A stretch of 64,000 nucleotides of DNA from Macrostomum lignano (Eukaryota): contig NIVC01000032.1 in assembly GCA_002269645.1 (NCBI GenBank), positions 930,001 through 994,000 of the forward strand, given 5' to 3'. Position 1 is the first letter of the stretch. Each line of letters starts with the position of its first letter. Made by a program: the position numbers and the translations under genes. The notes under the pieces are model-generated. The model was given only the letters and a program-made list of their open reading frames with translations. It had not been told where the DNA came from and did no database searches. This document shows positions 62,911 to 64,000 of the stretch, in pieces.

Positions 62911-63210
62911 AGCAAAGCAGTGGTCCAGCGCGGCGCTCTGATGTGCCAGTGGCCCAGGCTCGATTCCAAGTGCAGTTACATTAATTTGTGGCTACATTGG
63001 AATCTCTGCTCGTGCAATTAACGCCCAGCTTGAGGCCCAACCCCCCAAGGCACAGTGAAGTGTACATGCCTAACGATAAATAAAGTTAGGGCCGCTGTAC
63101 ACTCCTGTGTGAGTGTGTGCCTGTGCAAATGACTGCGTACGTATCAGCGCGCTTGTGTGCCTGCTCAGGGGAGTCGGCGGAATGGGGGCCTCTCGCCGGT
63201 TGTGCGACAA
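62911..63210 (+). mobile_element. Family-2 tRNA-derived SINE, near full length
   Basis: TGGTCCAGCGCGG / GGCTCGATTCC head plus the shared body. Confidence 0.78.
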
Positions 63211-63220
63211 TGGTATATTC

Positions 63221-63313
63221 TTCTGCAGTCGGGATGCATGATATCGGTATAACACGCGAGCGCCGGTAGGCGCGAGTCGTGTTATTCCAATATCATGCAT
63301 CCCGACTGCAGAA
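63221..63313. repeat. 93-nt hairpin with perfect 24-bp outer arms
   Basis: TTCTGCAGTCGGGATGCATGATAT (63221-63244) / ATATCATGCATCCCGACTGCAGAA (63290-63313); inner TAACACG/CGTGTTA and GCGCC/GGCGC stems. Confidence 0.85.
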
Positions 63314-63516
63314 AAGTGCATTGACTAGTGTTTCCAAATAGGCTAGTTGTTTATGATCGAGAAAGACAACGCAGTCTCAGTAGAATCTGTCTAGTTCAAT
63401 TTTGTTATGTCATTTATCTCTCTCCCTCGCTGCCTTCTGATTGGCTCTCAGTTCTCGCCTCTTTCCTCGGTTGCGGACTCCACCCCACCCCCTGTCTTAT
63501 CTTACACCCCCTCCAG

Positions 63517-64000
63517 TATATTTGAATAAATATACCCGTTTAGGCCCTGCGCTTCGCTATCGTTTTTTTCCGAAGCCTCTCCAAGGCCAATCTTTAAAAC
63601 CGTACCGTTTCTCCGAGAAGACCGCTCGAGGATATCGATTCCTTCAAGAATTTATGAAGAAACTTAGTGCGAGGGCCGGTCTAAGCAAGGTCTACACTAA
63701 TCACTGTATTAGGTAAGTAAATTTCGTTTTCCGATATGGTATATAAATAGTATATAAATAGTATATTTATAAATAATAGTTTTAACTAGTTCATGTAAAA
63801 TTACTTTCCTTTGATTCTCCCACAGAGTCACTAGAGTGTGCGATCTAGACGCCGCTGGCCATTCGCTGCAAGACATAATGCTTATTACCGGTCAGAAATG
63901 TGAGAAGACGGTCAAAAGGTATTTAACCAGGTGCCGGGACCGCAGTCTGTTCAGGAGTTCCAAGGCAGTGAACTGTGCACTAAGCCGGCATATTCCAAGC
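63517..64000 (+). CDS. Crypton-type tyrosine recombinase (DUF3504-like) C-terminal exons, antisense to nAChR gene 2; runs off the window
   Basis: Exon 63517-63712 (FFPKP...FMKKLSARAGLSKVYTNHCIR), intron gtaagt..cacag, exon 63826-64000 (VTRVCDLDAAGHSLQDIMLITGQKCEKTVKRY...). Matches the YR motif YTNHxxR...IM..TGH.....Y. Confidence 0.75.

Overview
Repeat-rich eukaryotic (invertebrate animal) genomic DNA with spliceosomal introns. The codon style, polyQ tracts and (GACA)n tracts resemble a free-living flatworm such as Macrostomum, but this is inference only. I rebuilt eight spliced coding loci by hand with GT-AG boundaries and matching phases: the last exon of a PLK4/SAK kinase (+), a nicotinic acetylcholine receptor (nAChR) alpha subunit (-), a GT92/DUF23-like glycosyltransferase (+), an octopamine-alpha-like GPCR (+), an unknown single-pass membrane protein with YxN motifs (+), an NHERF/EBP50-like PDZ protein (-), an alpha7-like nAChR subunit (-) and a Crypton-like tyrosine recombinase fragment (+). 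The best candidate for a new system is in the alpha7-like nAChR gene. It has two tandem 195-nt exons (loop C + TM1) and two tandem 87-nt exons (pore-lining TM2), which look mutually exclusive. A perfect 17-nt reverse-complement pair links the intron between the first exon pair to the intron between the second; pairing would loop out exons 7B and 8A and could couple ligand-site choice to pore choice. Also notable is a 10.8-kb block with 16-bp terminal inverted repeats that sits inside a (GACA)n tract and carries an 8-kb satellite whose unit contains the element-end motif. Most long ORFs in the supplied track are translated simple repeats.
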